In this document: in pieces, positions 1 through 13,011 of the stretch
Numbering within the stretch: position 1 is the first letter of the stretch
Layout: each line of letters opens with the position of its first letter
DNA from: Nitrospirota bacterium
GTDB lineage: Bacteria; Nitrospirota; Thermodesulfovibrionia; Thermodesulfovibrionales; UBA9159
Direction of reading: 5' to 3'
Assembly: GCA_963699545.1 (NCBI GenBank)
Contig: CAVOUE010000011.1
Coordinates: 11,494-75,493, forward strand
Length of the DNA stretch: 64,000 nucleotides
The notes under the pieces: generated by a model
The model's database searches: none
Told to the model about the DNA's origin: nothing
Seen by the model: the letters and a program-made list of their open reading frames with translations, nothing else
Translations under genes and position numbers: made by a program

Positions 1-284
1 CCCTCAATGAATTCAAGTTTCTCACCCTTCTTAAGGGTGATTATTGCCTTTTTCCTGTCAGGCCTTCTGCCGATAGACTTGCCGTGTTTCTTCCATTTTC
101 CATTGGTCGTAATGGTCGCAACGGTTTCGACCTTAACGTTAAAGATCTCCTCAATCGCTTTCTTTATTTCAATCTTGTTGGCGTCCTTTGCGACCTCGAC
201 AAGAAGCTTGTTCTCAGCTTCCTTGAGCCGTGCGCCTTTCTCCGTGAACAGCGGTTTCTTAATGACGGTATGGACGTTCCTCAT
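1..284 (-). CDS. rplW: 50S ribosomal protein L23 (3' end cut by the window edge)
   Basis: Manual translation MRNVHTVIKKPLFTEKG...KKAIITLKKGEKLEFIEG; ATGA overlap with rplD. Confidence 0.93.
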   Translation of the reverse strand, partial: MRNVHTVIKKPLFTEKGARLKEAENKLLVEVAKDANKIEIKKAIEEIFNVKVETVATITTNGKWKKHGKSIGRRPDRKKAIITLKKGEKLEFIE

Positions 285-910
285 AGTTTGCATACCTCCG
301 GGACTTTGTCAAGGGCTCCCTTTGTGATAAGGATCGTTTCGTGCGTGAGCATTTCGTAGGGATTCAGATCCGCTACCCTCGAAACCTTCACCCCGGGGAT
401 ATTCCTTGCCGAAAGGAGGATATTGTCATCCTTTTCAGGAAGCACGATGAGGACACTCTTTCCCTCAAGGCCCAGATTCCTGAGGATTGTAACCATCTCC
501 TTTGTCCGCGGCTTTTCCACAGCAATGGACTCCACGATGGTCATGGCACCGTCCGAAACCTTTGCAGAGAATGCCTCTCCCACTGCCCTCCTTTTCAGGT
601 TCTTCGGAAGCCGGTAGGAATAATCTCTGGGCTGCGGACCAAAAATGGTCCCTCCGCCTCTCCAGAGGGGTGAGCGGATGCTCCCTGCCCTGGCCCTTCC
701 TGTATGCTTCTGCTTCCACGGCTTTTTCCCGCCACCGCTTACCAAGCCCTTTGTCTTGGTGGAGTGGGTGCCCTGTCTCTGGTTCGCCAGGTAGTTTACC
801 ACCGATGCATGGAGAATGTCCTTCCTCACCGGGAGTCCGAATATTCCCTCGGGGAGATTCACCGAACCCGTCACCTTATTGTGTATATCCCTGACTTCTC
901 TCTCTGGCAT
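281..910 (-). CDS. rplD: 50S ribosomal protein L4
   Basis: RQGTHSTKTK..GGGKKPWKQKHTGRARAGSIRSPLWRGGG motif; S10 operon order. Confidence 0.98.
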   Translation of the reverse strand: MPEREVRDIHNKVTGSVNLPEGIFGLPVRKDILHASVVNYLANQRQGTHSTKTKGLVSGGGKKPWKQKHTGRARAGSIRSPLWRGGGTIFGPQPRDYSYRLPKNLKRRAVGEAFSAKVSDGAMTIVESIAVEKPRTKEMVTILRNLGLEGKSVLIVLPEKDDNILLSARNIPGVKVSRVADLNPYEMLTHETILITKGALDKVPEVCKL

Positions 911-911
911 A

Positions 912-1527
912 TCAGTTTTCCTTCTTGATCTCGATATAGGTACCTGCTGCTCCCGGAACCGCGCCTTTCACGAGCAATAAATTCTGATCCGGCCGGACAT
1001 CCACTACGGTCAGGTTACTCACCGTCACCTCTTCTGATCCCATATGCCCGGGAAGTTTCTTGTTCTTCCATACTCTTGAGGGATAAGAACTTGCACCGAT
1101 GGAACCCGGCGCACGATTGAACATGGAACCGTGTGAGCCCGGACCACCCTTGAAGTTGTGCCTTTTCATGACTCCCTGAAACCCCTTGCCTTTGGAGACT
1201 CCCGAGACCTTTACGGTATCGCCCTTGGCAAATGCGCCGACGGTAACGAAATCTCCCGACTTTCAGGTCGCCCATCTTGAATTCTTTTGTCAAACGGTAA
1301 GGTTTTGCCCCTGCCTTCTTGAATACCCCCGACATCGGCTTGTTCACCTTCTTCTCTTTCCTGATCTCAGAGAAGCCGACCTTCACCGCCTCGTAACCGT
1401 CCTTCTCACGGGTCTTTACCTGGATGACGCTGCAGGGCCCCGCCTCGATGACCGTGACCGGCACCGCGACGCCACCCTCAATGAATATCTGGGTCATACC
1501 CAGTTTCTTGCCCAGTATGCCTATCAC
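912..1527 (-). CDS. rplC: 50S ribosomal protein L3 (apparent frameshift near 1255)
   Basis: [23 protein letters not shown] in one frame; [19 protein letters not shown] in another. Confidence 0.95.
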
Positions 1528-1832
1528 AGCTTTAATCTCCACATCAACGCCGGCAGCGAGCTCCAGTTTCATCAGCGCATCCACCGTTTGCGGGGTGGGA
1601 TCGTAAATATCGATCAGCCTTTTATGCGTTCGAATCTCAAACTGTTCCCTGGATTTCTTATCCACATGGGGAGACCTCAAGCACCGTATACTTGCTCATC
1701 CTTGTAGGGCAGGGGAACCGGTCCCGCTATCCTCGCCCCTGTCCTCTGAGCCGTATCCACGATCTCCTTCACCGACTGGTCAAGTATCCTGTGGTCATAC
1801 GCCCTTAACTTTATTCTTATCTTCTGATTCAT
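1524..1832 (-). CDS. rpsJ: 30S ribosomal protein S10 (apparent indels)
   Basis: [20 protein letters not shown] and [24 protein letters not shown] in different frames. Confidence 0.95.
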
Positions 1833-1858
1833 TTTCATTTCCAGTTCTTCATTGATTT

Positions 1859-3064
<1,206 letters not shown>

Positions 3065-3074
3065 CTCTCCTCCT

Positions 3075-5154
3075 TTATTCTCCTTTAACCTTAGCTACGA
3101 TCGCATCGGCAATGCCCTTAGGCACATCTTCATAGTGAGCGAACTGCATGGTATAGGTTGCCCGTCCCTGGGTCTTTGACCTAAGGTCAGTTGCATAGCC
3201 AAACATCTCTGAAAGAGGGACCTCAGCCCTGATCACCTGGGCATTACCCCTTTTTTCCATGGACTGGATCTTTCCTCTCCGTGAGTTCAGGTCTCCCATT
3301 ACTTCACCCATGTATTCCTCTGGAGTGACAACCTCCACGCTCATGATGGGCTCAAGGAGAACGGGCTTCGCCTTTCTTTGCGGCATCTTTAAACGCCATG
3401 GAGCCCGCTATCTTGAACGCCATTTCGGACGAATCAACCTCGTGATAGGAACCGTCATAGAGCGTTGCCTTCACATCCACCACCGGATATCCCGCAAGGA
3501 TGCCGGTATCCAGCGCCTCTTTTATGCCCTTTTCCACCGCAGGTATGTACTCCCGCGGAATAGTACCACCGACTATCTTATTAACGAATTCGAAGCCCTT
3601 ACCTGCCTCGACCGGTTCGATCTCTATATAAACATGCCCGTACTGACCGCGGCCGCCGCTCTGCCTCACAAATTTCCCCTCGGCCTTGGACGGAACCTTT
3701 ATCGTCTCCTTGTAAGCCACCTGGGGTTTCCCCACGTTGGCGCCCACCTTGAATTCTCTCAGCAGCCTGTCAACGATGATCTCGAGATGGAGTTCCCCCA
3801 TGCCGGATATGATGGTCTGACCGGTCTCCTCGTTAAAAGTCACCCTGAAGGAGGGGTCTTCCTGTGCAAGCTTGGCAAGGGACTGTGACAGTCTCTCCTG
3901 GTCAGCCTTTGTCTTGGGTTCTATGGCAACAGAGATGACAGGGTCAGGGAATTCGATGGACTCAAGGACTATCGGGGTCTTTTCATCGCACAGGGTATCA
4001 CCGGTAAGCGTGCTCTTCAGTCCCACCGCCGCCGCAATATCCCCTGCTACGACTTCCTTCACGTCCTCGCGCTTGTTCGCATGCATGCGCAGGAGCCTTC
4101 CGATCCTCTCCCTGGAATCCTTTGTCGAATTGTAAATATACGAGCCGGCGCCCAGGACACCAGAATATACCCTCATAAAGGTGAGCTGTCCCACAAAGGG
4201 ATCGGTCATAACCTTGAATGCAAGGGCAGCAAATGGTTCACTATCCGCAGCCTTTCTCGCAACCTCTGCGCCGTCAGCAGGGTTCACTCCCGTCACCGGC
4301 GGGATATCAAGAGGCGAGGGAAGATAGTCCACGATGGTATCAAGGAGGAGCTGAACTCCCTTGTTCTTGAACGCAGAACCACAGATGACCGGGGTAAGCT
4401 TCAAATCGATGGTACCTTTCCTGATGGCACTCTTGATCACGTCCTCACTTATCTCCTCGCCGCCGAGGAACTTCTCCATTATTCCTTCATCCACATCAGC
4501 CAGCGCTTCCAGCATTTTTTCCCTGTATTCCCGCGCCTGAGGCATCAGACCGTCAGGGATACTGTCTTCCACGTATTTTGCCCCGAGGGTCTCATCATCA
4601 AAATAGATCCCCTTCATGCGCACGAGATCAATGGAACCCCTGAACTTGTCCTCCGAGCCTATGGGAATCTGTATGGGAACAGGGTTGGCTCCAAGCCTGT
4701 CCACCATGGACTTCACGCTCATAAAGAAATCCGCGCCTACCCTGTCCATCTTATTCATGAACGCGATCCGGGGCACACCGTATTTATTGGCCTGTCGCCA
4801 TACCGTTTCTGACTGGGGTTCAACACCAGCCACGGAATCAAAGGCAGCAACGGCCCCGTCCAGGACCCTTAATGACCGTTCGACTTCAATGGTGAAATCC
4901 ACATGCCCCGGCGTATCGATGATGTTGATCCGGTGATCCTTCCAGAAACATGTGGTGGCAGCAGAGGTGATGGTGATACCCCTTTCCTGCTCCTGAACCA
5001 TCCAGTCCATGACAGCGGTGCCCTCATGGACCTCGCCTATCTTATAGGTAACCCCGGTGTAATAGAGGATACGCTCGGTCGTGGTGGTCTTTCCCGCATC
5101 GATGTGGGCCATGATACCAATATTGCGAGTGTTTTCTAAAGGGAATCTGGACAA
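3075..5154 (-). CDS. fusA: Elongation factor G (apparent frameshift near 3370)
   Basis: [26 protein letters not shown]-terminal [18 protein letters not shown] in second frame. Confidence 0.97.
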
Positions 5155-5175
5155 ATGCGGGCTCCTCTATCCTTC

Positions 5176-5658
<483 letters not shown>

Positions 5659-6030
5659 TTACTTCGGCCTCTTGGCGCCATACTTCGACCTGCCGCGTCT
5701 CCTGTCGGCAACACCGACAGAATCAAGGGTACCCCTGATGATGTGGTACCTGACGCCGGGAAGGTCCTTCACCCTTCCGCCTCTGATCATTACAATGGAG
5801 TGTTCCTGGAGGTTATGTCCGACGCCCGGGATATAGGAGGTCACTTCCATGCCATTGGTCAGTCTCACCCTGGCAACCTTCCTCAACGCCGAGTTCGGCT
5901 TCTTTGGGGTCGTTGTATACACTCTGACACAGACACCCCTTTTCTGGGGACAGTTTCTCAGCGCAGGACTCTTCGTCTTCGTCTCAAGCTTCTTGCGTCC
6001 TTGCCTTACCAATTGTGCAATCGTCGGCAC
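5659..6030 (-). CDS. rpsL: 30S ribosomal protein S12
   Basis: [28 protein letters not shown]. Confidence 0.99.
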   Translation of the reverse strand: MPTIAQLVRQGRKKLETKTKSPALRNCPQKRGVCVRVYTTTPKKPNSALRKVARVRLTNGMEVTSYIPGVGHNLQEHSIVMIRGGRVKDLPGVRYHIIRGTLDSVGVADRRRGRSKYGAKRPK

Positions 6031-6101
6031 TTTTCCTCCAATTTTTTCTTGCTTTCACTTTCGAAACTAAGGTTTCGCGGTTTCTACGGGAAAACTTTGA
6101 A

Positions 6102-6130
6102 AGCTTACCAGAACCATTTTGTTTTGTCAA
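6102..6130 (-). promoter_or_regulatory. sigma70 promoter of the str/S10 operon
   Basis: Minus strand TTGACA-17 nt-TAAGCT upstream of rpsL. Confidence 0.65.
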
Positions 6131-6436
6131 GTAATTTAATAAATACCGGCAATTCCCCTCCCGCGAACACTCAATTTACTCCACCAGTGGGGATTTATAG
6201 GATACCATCGTCAGAGGGAGAAAAGCAACGGGGTAACGTCAGCACTTTCTTATACCGAACTATCCCGGTCTTCCCTTACTGAACAATCCGATGCGTTGGG
6301 ATGTTACCTCTGATGTGAAGGGCTTTGTTCGTCATCACTTTGGCAATTTCGGACGGCGGATCAACGACTCGGCGGTTGTTGATCCGGAAGATATCTTCTG
6401 GTCTACCGAAGCGAACTCCTTATTTGGTAACAGGCT

Positions 6437-7381
6437 CTACGGGCCGGTGCTGCTGATTGATGCCGCAGTGAACATGCCCGTACTGAGATAGCGGTCGCCG
6501 CGGTCAGGGAATATCACCACAACTTTCTTGCCTTTCCCGAGTCTCTTGGCAACTTTCATCGCAGCCCACATGGCCGCGCCCGAAGAGACGCCTGCGAGGA
6601 TACCTTCCCTGAGGGCAAGCTGCCTCATCGTGTCGATCGCGTCATCATCGGTAACGGGGATCACTTCATCATAGATCCTCGTGTTCAGCACTCCCGGATA
6701 AAAACCGGCGCCTATGCCGGCGATCTTGTGGGATCCCGGTTCTCCGCCGGAGAGGATAGCAGAACCCTGGGGTTCCACCGCACCGATCCATACAGAGGTG
6801 CGCCTTTCTCTCAGGGTTTCTCCGACACCCGTTATTGTCCCCCCTGTACCCACACCGGCCACAAAGGCATCGGGCACATCCCCCAAAGAACTGATAATCT
6901 CCAGTGCGGTAGTATGTCGGTGAGCTGCGGGATTTGCAGGGTTCTCGAACTGCAGGGGCATGAAATAGTCTGGATTCCTCTTGTAAATCTCCTCCGCCCT
7001 CTCCACTGCACCCAGCATCCCTCTCTCACCCGCGGTGAGGACAAGTTCAGCCCCATACGCCTGAAGGATGTTCCTTCTCTCCAGGGACATCCCCTCGGAC
7101 ATGGTGAGTATCAACCGGTACCCCTTCACCGCCGAAACCATGGCAAGGCCTATTCCTGTATTGCCGCTGGTAGGCTCAACAATGGTGCCCCCGGGTCGAA
7201 GCTTTCCCTCTTTCTCGGCCGTTGTGATCATGGAAAGGGCTATTCTGTCCTTCACAGAACCACCGGGATTGTGTCCTTCAAGCTTTGTCCACACCTCAGC
7301 GTCATCCGCAGAGCAGAGCTTATTGATCCTTACCAGAGGTGTGTTGCCGATAAGGCTCAAAACATCCTTATGAATGTTCAA
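6437..7381 (-). CDS. cysK: Cysteine synthase A
   Basis: LIGNTPLV..KLEGHNPGGSVKDRIA (PLP Lys), EPTSGNTGIGLA, GVGTGGT, DRYLST. Confidence 0.93.
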   Translation of the reverse strand: MNIHKDVLSLIGNTPLVRINKLCSADDAEVWTKLEGHNPGGSVKDRIALSMITTAEKEGKLRPGGTIVEPTSGNTGIGLAMVSAVKGYRLILTMSEGMSLERRNILQAYGAELVLTAGERGMLGAVERAEEIYKRNPDYFMPLQFENPANPAAHRHTTALEIISSLGDVPDAFVAGVGTGGTITGVGETLRERRTSVWIGAVEPQGSAILSGGEPGSHKIAGIGAGFYPGVLNTRIYDEVIPVTDDDAIDTMRQLALREGILAGVSSGAAMWAAMKVAKRLGKGKKVVVIFPDRGDRYLSTGMFTAASISSTGP

Positions 7382-7661
7382 GAAACCTCCATTGAACCTC
7401 TCTCATCTCCAGATGAAATTATATCACAGAGTCATGGGAAGGAATGATGAGAGGGGGAATCATGTGGGTTGACAGACGGGGAGCAGAGAAAACAGAAACC
7501 GGTGCTCGCACGTTTCCGGGGCAGGACATTCCAGAAGAGGTCTCCGGGGTCCGGCGCCTCAACGCTCGCCACCACTGCAAGAAGAGCCATATCTGTTTCA
7601 GCCAGCCTCCGGGAAAAGACGCACTATTGAAAACGGCTCAGGATAATCATACAATATCCTC

Positions 7662-9268
7662 ATGGAGAAAGAACTCTTCACGGAGGATATAAAAGCGGTT
7701 CTCAAAGATACCTTCAGGGAGTTGAAGGATGAGGTTTCCCTTGAGGTCTTTACCCAGAAAGGAATGAATGACGACTTCAATGGGATCGCTGCAGACCTCG
7801 TAAGGGCGATATCAGAACTGACCGACAAGATCAAACCTCACTTTTACAGCATCGGTGATGAAACGTCGAGAAGCCGGGGGTCTCCAGGTCACCCACCATC
7901 CTTATCGCGCCGGACAAATACTCTGTCCGTTACACAGGCGCACCGGTGGGAGAGGAAGGCCGCTCCTTCATCATGGCCCTGCTCATGGTATCCACAGGGA
8001 AGACCTTTGTCTCTGATGATTCGCGGCAAAGGCTGAAGAGGCTGAAAGAGAAGCGGCATGTGAGGGTCTTTGTGAGTCCCACATGTCCTTACTGCCCCCA
8101 GCAGGTGCTGTATGCCATCTCAGCTGCCGTTGAAAGAAAGGATCTGGTATCGGCAGAGGTCGTGGAGATTTATGAGAACAGAGACCTTGCCGAAAGACTT
8201 GGGGCTATGTCTGTGCCCAAGACCTTTGTGGGCGAAACCCTTACCGCTTCCGGTCTTCAGCCTGAGGAGCATTTCATGGAGTCCCTCATCGAAGGCAGTC
8301 CGGTGGAGTATGTGAAGCCGGCAGGAAGGGAGGCACTGAAGGATTATGATGTGGTGATCATAGGCGGCGGCCCCGCGGGATTGACCGCTGCCCTCTATGC
8401 GGAACGGAGCGGTCTGAAGAGCATCATTTTCGAGAAGGCAAGCGTGGGAGGACAGATCGCCATCACCCCCATCGTTGAGAACTACCCGGGATTTACCAGC
8501 ATTGCGGGAAGAACCCTTGTGGACCTCATAGCGAGGCAGGCCATGGAATATACGCTCATTCTTCAGGGAGTAAATGTGACCGACATAAAGAAGAAGAACG
8601 GAGGCTTTGCGGTAACCACCGGACAGGGGGTTTACACCGCTAAGGTCATAATCATTGCCTCAGGGGCAGACAGCAAGAGCCTGAACTCTGCGGGCGAGAA
8701 GAGGCTTTCGGGAAGGGGTGTCAGTTCCTGCGCCACCTGTGACGGCTACTTGTTCAAAGATGGCAAAGATGTGATCGTCGTGGGAGGAGGAAACAGCGCG
8801 CTGACTGATGCCCTCTATCTCGACAGCCTCGGAGCCCACGTGACCCTCGTGCACAGGAGAGATGCCTTCAGGGCCGAAGAGCGGCTCCAGCAGAGCGTGT
8901 TCCAGAGGAATATCCCGGTCCTCTGGAACAGCCGCATCACGGAAATCCTCGGGACCAGGGTGGTGGAAAAGGTCAGGATAGAGGACCTCAAGACCGGGAA
9001 GTCCAGAGATATCAAGGCCGATGCAGTTTTTATCGCCATAGGATACGAACCGAACAACGAAATAGCAAAAAAACTCGGGCTGGAGATGGACAGTGAAGGG
9101 TATATAAAGGTGGATGACAAGATGAGGACTTCGATGCCCCTGGTATATGCGGCGGGCGACATAACGGGAGGGCTCAAGCAGATCGTCGTAGCCGTATCCC
9201 AGGGGTCAGTGGCTTCACTCTCTGCCTTTGAAGACATTGCAAATCCCTATTGGAAAGGACACCGTTAG
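7662..9268 (+). CDS. AhpF-like fusion: N-terminal thioredoxin-fold disulfide oxidoreductase plus thioredoxin reductase (frameshift near 7878)
   Basis: FVSPTCPYCP, GGGPAG, CATCDG, GGGNSA, HRRD, AAGD motifs; N-terminal part in an adjacent frame. Confidence 0.85.
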
Positions 9269-9319
9269 CACCGGGTTCAGGCGGGAAGACCCTTCGAAAC
9301 GAACGGGGAATTTTGTCGC

Positions 9320-10675
9320 TTAACCGTGCGTTCTGGGAAGGATAACGATGAAGTCGCTTCCTGACCCGATGGTGCTCTTCACAAGGATCTGTCCACTGTG
9401 GGCACTCACTATCCATTGTGTAATCGCAAGCCCAAGGCCCGTTCCGCCCATCTTCCTCGATCGCTCCTTGTCCACTCGGTAAAATCTTTCGAAAATATAA
9501 GGGATCTCATCCTCAGGGATGCCGATTCCTGAATCGCTGATCGTCACCCTTACGGAATCCCCTTCCTTCTCGGTCGCAATCGTCACCGTTCCGCCAAGGG
9601 GGGTATACTTGATCGCATTGTTGATGAGGTTCCTGAATGCCTGCTCCAGGGTACTGCTGTCGCCGTACACTTCCAGGTCCTCTCCGTATTCTTCGACGAC
9701 AGAACGACCGTCATACTTCAGACGTTCGATGATAGCTTTCAACAGGTGATTGATATCAAACCAGTGTTTTCTGAGATCGAGGATATTGTTGTCAGCCTTC
9801 GCAAGGAAGAGAAGGTCATCGGTGATCCTGGAAAGCCTGATGATGTCAGACAAATTATTCTTCAGGAGTCCTTCATACTCCTCAGTCGTCCGCTTCTTCC
9901 TCAGGGCGACCTCTATGCTGCCCCTCAAGGAAGTGAGGGGCGATCGTATCTCGTGGGAAACATCGGAGGTGAACCGTTTCTGAGCCTCCATGGAATGTTG
10001 GATACCATCCAGCATCTCATTGAATATCTTCACGAGGTCATCGACCTCTCTCCCTTTCACTTCGACAGCGATCCTCTGTTCCAACCGCCCGCGGCGGATC
10101 TGTTCTGCAAGCGATTTGATCTGCACCATAGGGGAAAGCGCGCGACCGGCAAGAAACCAGCTCATCACCGAGGTTACCGCCAGGATCAAGGGGAAGAAGA
10201 TAATCGAAAGTCTCGACAGGGCCGTCACTTCTTCCTCCACGTCCTTGAGCGAATCCCCGATACTGAGAACATGGTCCTTATCGAGCGCTCTATATAATAC
10301 CCGGTAATTCTCACTTCTATACCTGACAGTATCAAACTGCGGGCCGCCGTTAAATGTCCTTGCCAGCAGGTCCCTGTTCAGCGGCCACAGGACACCATCG
10401 TTCAGGGAGCTGATGCGCACTTCCCCCCCGCGGCTCACAATCTGATAGTATTCATCCCCGACCCTTCGTATGATCTCCCCATTATGCCTGATGCTCACGG
10501 GGTCAATGTCATGGGAGAATTCCGTGGTCGCCTCCCTGAGGAGTTCCTTGTCCATTGACTCATACCGCTTATTCTTGAATTGCCCATAGATGATGAGATC
10601 GGAGGCCAGGAAAACGAGCACAACAACAACGGTATAAATAAGGGTGAGCCGAAATCTGAAGGTCTTAATTGCCAT
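9320..10675 (-). CDS. Membrane sensor histidine kinase (HAMP, CusS/CzcS-like)
   Basis: Two TM segments, DVSHEIRSPL H-box, NAIKY, DSGIGI, GGTGLGL. Confidence 0.9.
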   Translation of the reverse strand: MAIKTFRFRLTLIYTVVVVLVFLASDLIIYGQFKNKRYESMDKELLREATTEFSHDIDPVSIRHNGEIIRRVGDEYYQIVSRGGEVRISSLNDGVLWPLNRDLLARTFNGGPQFDTVRYRSENYRVLYRALDKDHVLSIGDSLKDVEEEVTALSRLSIIFFPLILAVTSVMSWFLAGRALSPMVQIKSLAEQIRRGRLEQRIAVEVKGREVDDLVKIFNEMLDGIQHSMEAQKRFTSDVSHEIRSPLTSLRGSIEVALRKKRTTEEYEGLLKNNLSDIIRLSRITDDLLFLAKADNNILDLRKHWFDINHLLKAIIERLKYDGRSVVEEYGEDLEVYGDSSTLEQAFRNLINNAIKYTPLGGTVTIATEKEGDSVRVTISDSGIGIPEDEIPYIFERFYRVDKERSRKMGGTGLGLAITQWIVSAHSGQILVKSTIGSGSDFIVILPRTHG

Positions 10676-11342
10676 CGTCCGATTTTAACAGGTAGCCCGC
10701 TCCTCTTACGGTGTGTATCAGCTTTTTCTGAAAAGGGGAGTCGACCTTCTCCCTCAGGAACTTGATGTGGACATCAACGACATTACTGTTCGGATCGAAC
10801 GCATATCCCCAGACGTTTTCGATAATCTGGGTTCTCGACAAGACTCTGCCCTTGTTTCTCAGCAGGTATTCAAGGAGAGAGAATTCCTTCGGCGTGAGGA
10901 TGACCTCCCTTTCCTCCCGAAACACTCTCCTGGAGAGGAGGTCCACACGCAGCACATCCAGGGAAAGCTCGCTGACGGAATCAGATGTCCTCCGCAGGAG
11001 GGCCCTTATCCTCGCCAGCAGCTCTGAAAAGGCAAAGGGTTTTGTGAGATAGTCATCAGCGCCACTTTCGAGACATTCCACCTTGCTGTTAACGGAATCG
11101 ATGGCGGTAAGCATCAGGATGGGAGGCTTCAGTCCTTTCTCGCGCAGCCTCTTGCAGAGTTCCACCCCCTTCATTCCCGGAAGCATAATATCCAGTATCA
11201 TCAGATCATATTCATTTGAAGTCGCCATCAGGAACCCTTCCGCACCGTCCTCCGCAACATCCACCGCATAAAATTCCTCCTCCAGTCCCTTCCTGATAAA
11301 GTCCGCAACGTTTTTCTCATCTTCAACCAAGAGTATTCTCAT
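10665..11342 (-). CDS. OmpR-family response regulator (CusR-like)
   Basis: MRILLVEDE..LDIMLP..DDYLTKPF..SNVVDVHI..HTVRGAGY. Confidence 0.92.
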   Translation of the reverse strand: MRILLVEDEKNVADFIRKGLEEEFYAVDVAEDGAEGFLMATSNEYDLMILDIMLPGMKGVELCKRLREKGLKPPILMLTAIDSVNSKVECLESGADDYLTKPFAFSELLARIRALLRRTSDSVSELSLDVLRVDLLSRRVFREEREVILTPKEFSLLEYLLRNKGRVLSRTQIIENVWGYAFDPNSNVVDVHIKFLREKVDSPFQKKLIHTVRGAGYLLKSDDGN

Positions 11343-11380
11343 ATCGTTCCGGCCCACGGCGAAGGAATGAATATCCGTGC

Positions 11381-11926
11381 CTATTCGCAGGATTCCTCCG
11401 TGCACTTGATCGACTCAAATGCAAGGAGTATCCTCTTTTCCTTCTCCATCCTTTCTGCAGGATACGGGCTGAAATCCGTCGAACGCATCATTTCGACAGC
11501 CTGCCGTCTGTCAGGCAGAGACTCCAACCCTTCTGCGATGACCTTTCCTTTCACGGTATCCAGTATCCGCGCATGGACGCCATCCGTGACTACGGCAATG
11601 GGGATCTGGTATGCATCCACAACCCGCGCAAAAGAGACAAGATGCCTCTCCCTGGATTCCACCGCCCCGGGAGAACATTTTATGACCATGAATCTCCTGC
11701 CTCCGACCTTGAGAATGTAATCAACCGATACCGGTGTCTGCCTGTTGTCCACGATGATCCCGAATTCCGCATCAACCTCAATGTCCTCGTCACCGTACCC
11801 CTTCTCCTGAATCACATAGTCCTTCACCATCCGTCTGATAAGGCCAAGACTTGTACGAGCTTCAGCCTCAGCGTTCCTGATCTTCTCTTCGACGAGTTTC
11901 TTGCGGTCGACGTTTTCCTGCACCAT
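11381..11926 (-). CDS. Stand-alone type I restriction HsdR N-terminal-like (PD-(D/E)xK) protein
   Basis: EKGY..DIEV..VDYIL..MVIKC..AVVTDG pattern typical of HSDR_N_2-like proteins. Confidence 0.55.
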   Translation of the reverse strand: MVQENVDRKKLVEEKIRNAEAEARTSLGLIRRMVKDYVIQEKGYGDEDIEVDAEFGIIVDNRQTPVSVDYILKVGGRRFMVIKCSPGAVESRERHLVSFARVVDAYQIPIAVVTDGVHARILDTVKGKVIAEGLESLPDRRQAVEMMRSTDFSPYPAERMEKEKRILLAFESIKCTEESCE

Positions 11927-11932
11927 AGGACT

Positions 11933-12340
11933 CTAATGAAAGGATTTTTCCTTAACCAGGGTGACATGGAGCGGAACCGAGTTTACCAGTATACCATCCA
12001 GATAATTCTCGATCCAGTACACCCCCGGCTCCCTGAATTCCACATTGAGATGGATGGAGATATCCCTGTGCTTGTACCGTGCGTCACCGAGTTTCAGTCT
12101 TGTCATCGTCTCTCTTAGAATGTTCTTTCTATCAGGGGAAAGGATCCTGAGCGTCGTGTCGAACTCCCCTCTTCCGTCAGACCATTCGTTCACTGTCGCG
12201 AGCCTCGGGTGTACCGCAGGGAACTGAGTGGCATAGACATTCTCGAAGATGCCCATCAGACTTATTTTCCCCCCGGTTTCCTGCCTCACGTCATCGCAGA
12301 GAAGGGTGAAGTTCAGACTGGGTCGTCTCTTTTCAGCCAT
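11933..12340 (-). CDS. Conserved hypothetical protein (DUF6941-like)
   Basis: LLCDDVRQETGGKISLMGIF..F.EPGVYWIE pattern. Confidence 0.6.
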   Translation of the reverse strand: MAEKRRPSLNFTLLCDDVRQETGGKISLMGIFENVYATQFPAVHPRLATVNEWSDGRGEFDTTLRILSPDRKNILRETMTRLKLGDARYKHRDISIHLNVEFREPGVYWIENYLDGILVNSVPLHVTLVKEKSFH

Positions 12341-12484
12341 TGGGTATTATACCCGATTCCCGGGAATCTTCTGCAACAGCAGGATGCGGAAATATTACCG
12401 ATTTGGAACTAACCTCAACCAGTTATGACTGAAAATAACGAACAGGCCTCCACAACCGACTTGACTTTCTCGGCGCATTTTACT

Positions 12485-12507
12485 TAAATAGAAATGAGTT
12501 CTATTTA
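12485..12507. promoter_or_regulatory. Zur/Fur-type operator palindrome
   Basis: TAAATAGAA-atgag-TTCTATTTA perfect inverted repeat just upstream of the Fur-family gene, downstream of TTGACT at 12461. Confidence 0.65.
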
Positions 12508-12519
12508 AAGTCTGAGATT

Positions 12520-13011
12520 GTGGGAAGAGAGATGATAACCTCCGGGATACAAGACGCTGTCACAGATACTGATTTTTCGAACATCTTGAGAAGTCTCAAT
12601 CTCAAAATTACGCCGAAAAGACTTGCTATTCTCGATATCCTGATGAATGAAGCAGCGTACTTGAGTCCGGAAGAAATATGGACAAAAATGAAGAAACAAT
12701 TCAGAAGGATAGGCCTTCCAACAATATACCGTAATTTGGGAGAACTCTCGGAAAGGAATATCATCTCAAAGGTCACTCATCCTAACCGGCAACTGTATTA
12801 TTATTTCTGTGCGAACAGGTCCCACCACCACCACTTCGTTTGTCTGTCATGCCGCAGCGTTGAGGACATCAACTTCTGCGCACTCGATGAACTGCGGAAA
12901 GAAGTGAAAAGGAAACACAACGGAAAGGTAATTTCGCATATTTTCCAGGCAAACGGTTACTGCAGGAATTGCGTTACCCTGAACAAGAAAGAAGGTGAAA
13001 GTGAAACGTAA
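12520..13011 (+). CDS. zur: Fur-family regulator, probably Zur
   Basis: TPKRLAIL..TIYRNL..HHHHFVCLSC..GYCRNC; heads a zinc ABC operon. Confidence 0.75.
   Translation: MGREMITSGIQDAVTDTDFSNILRSLNLKITPKRLAILDILMNEAAYLSPEEIWTKMKKQFRRIGLPTIYRNLGELSERNIISKVTHPNRQLYYYFCANRSHHHHFVCLSCRSVEDINFCALDELRKEVKRKHNGKVISHIFQANGYCRNCVTLNKKEGESET

Noticed and set aside
1015-1680. Apparent S10-L3 fusion ORF
   Set aside because: One extra base near 1531 removes the rpsJ stop (TGA overlapping the GTG of rplC); artefact.
10665-11342. OmpR-family regulator as the PhoB that binds the island boxes
   Set aside because: Sequence and cognate HAMP kinase look CusR/CusS-like; no Pho box or pst linkage.
11381-11926. Type I restriction-modification system
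   Set aside because: Only a short HsdR-N-like protein; no hsdM, hsdS or helicase in the window.
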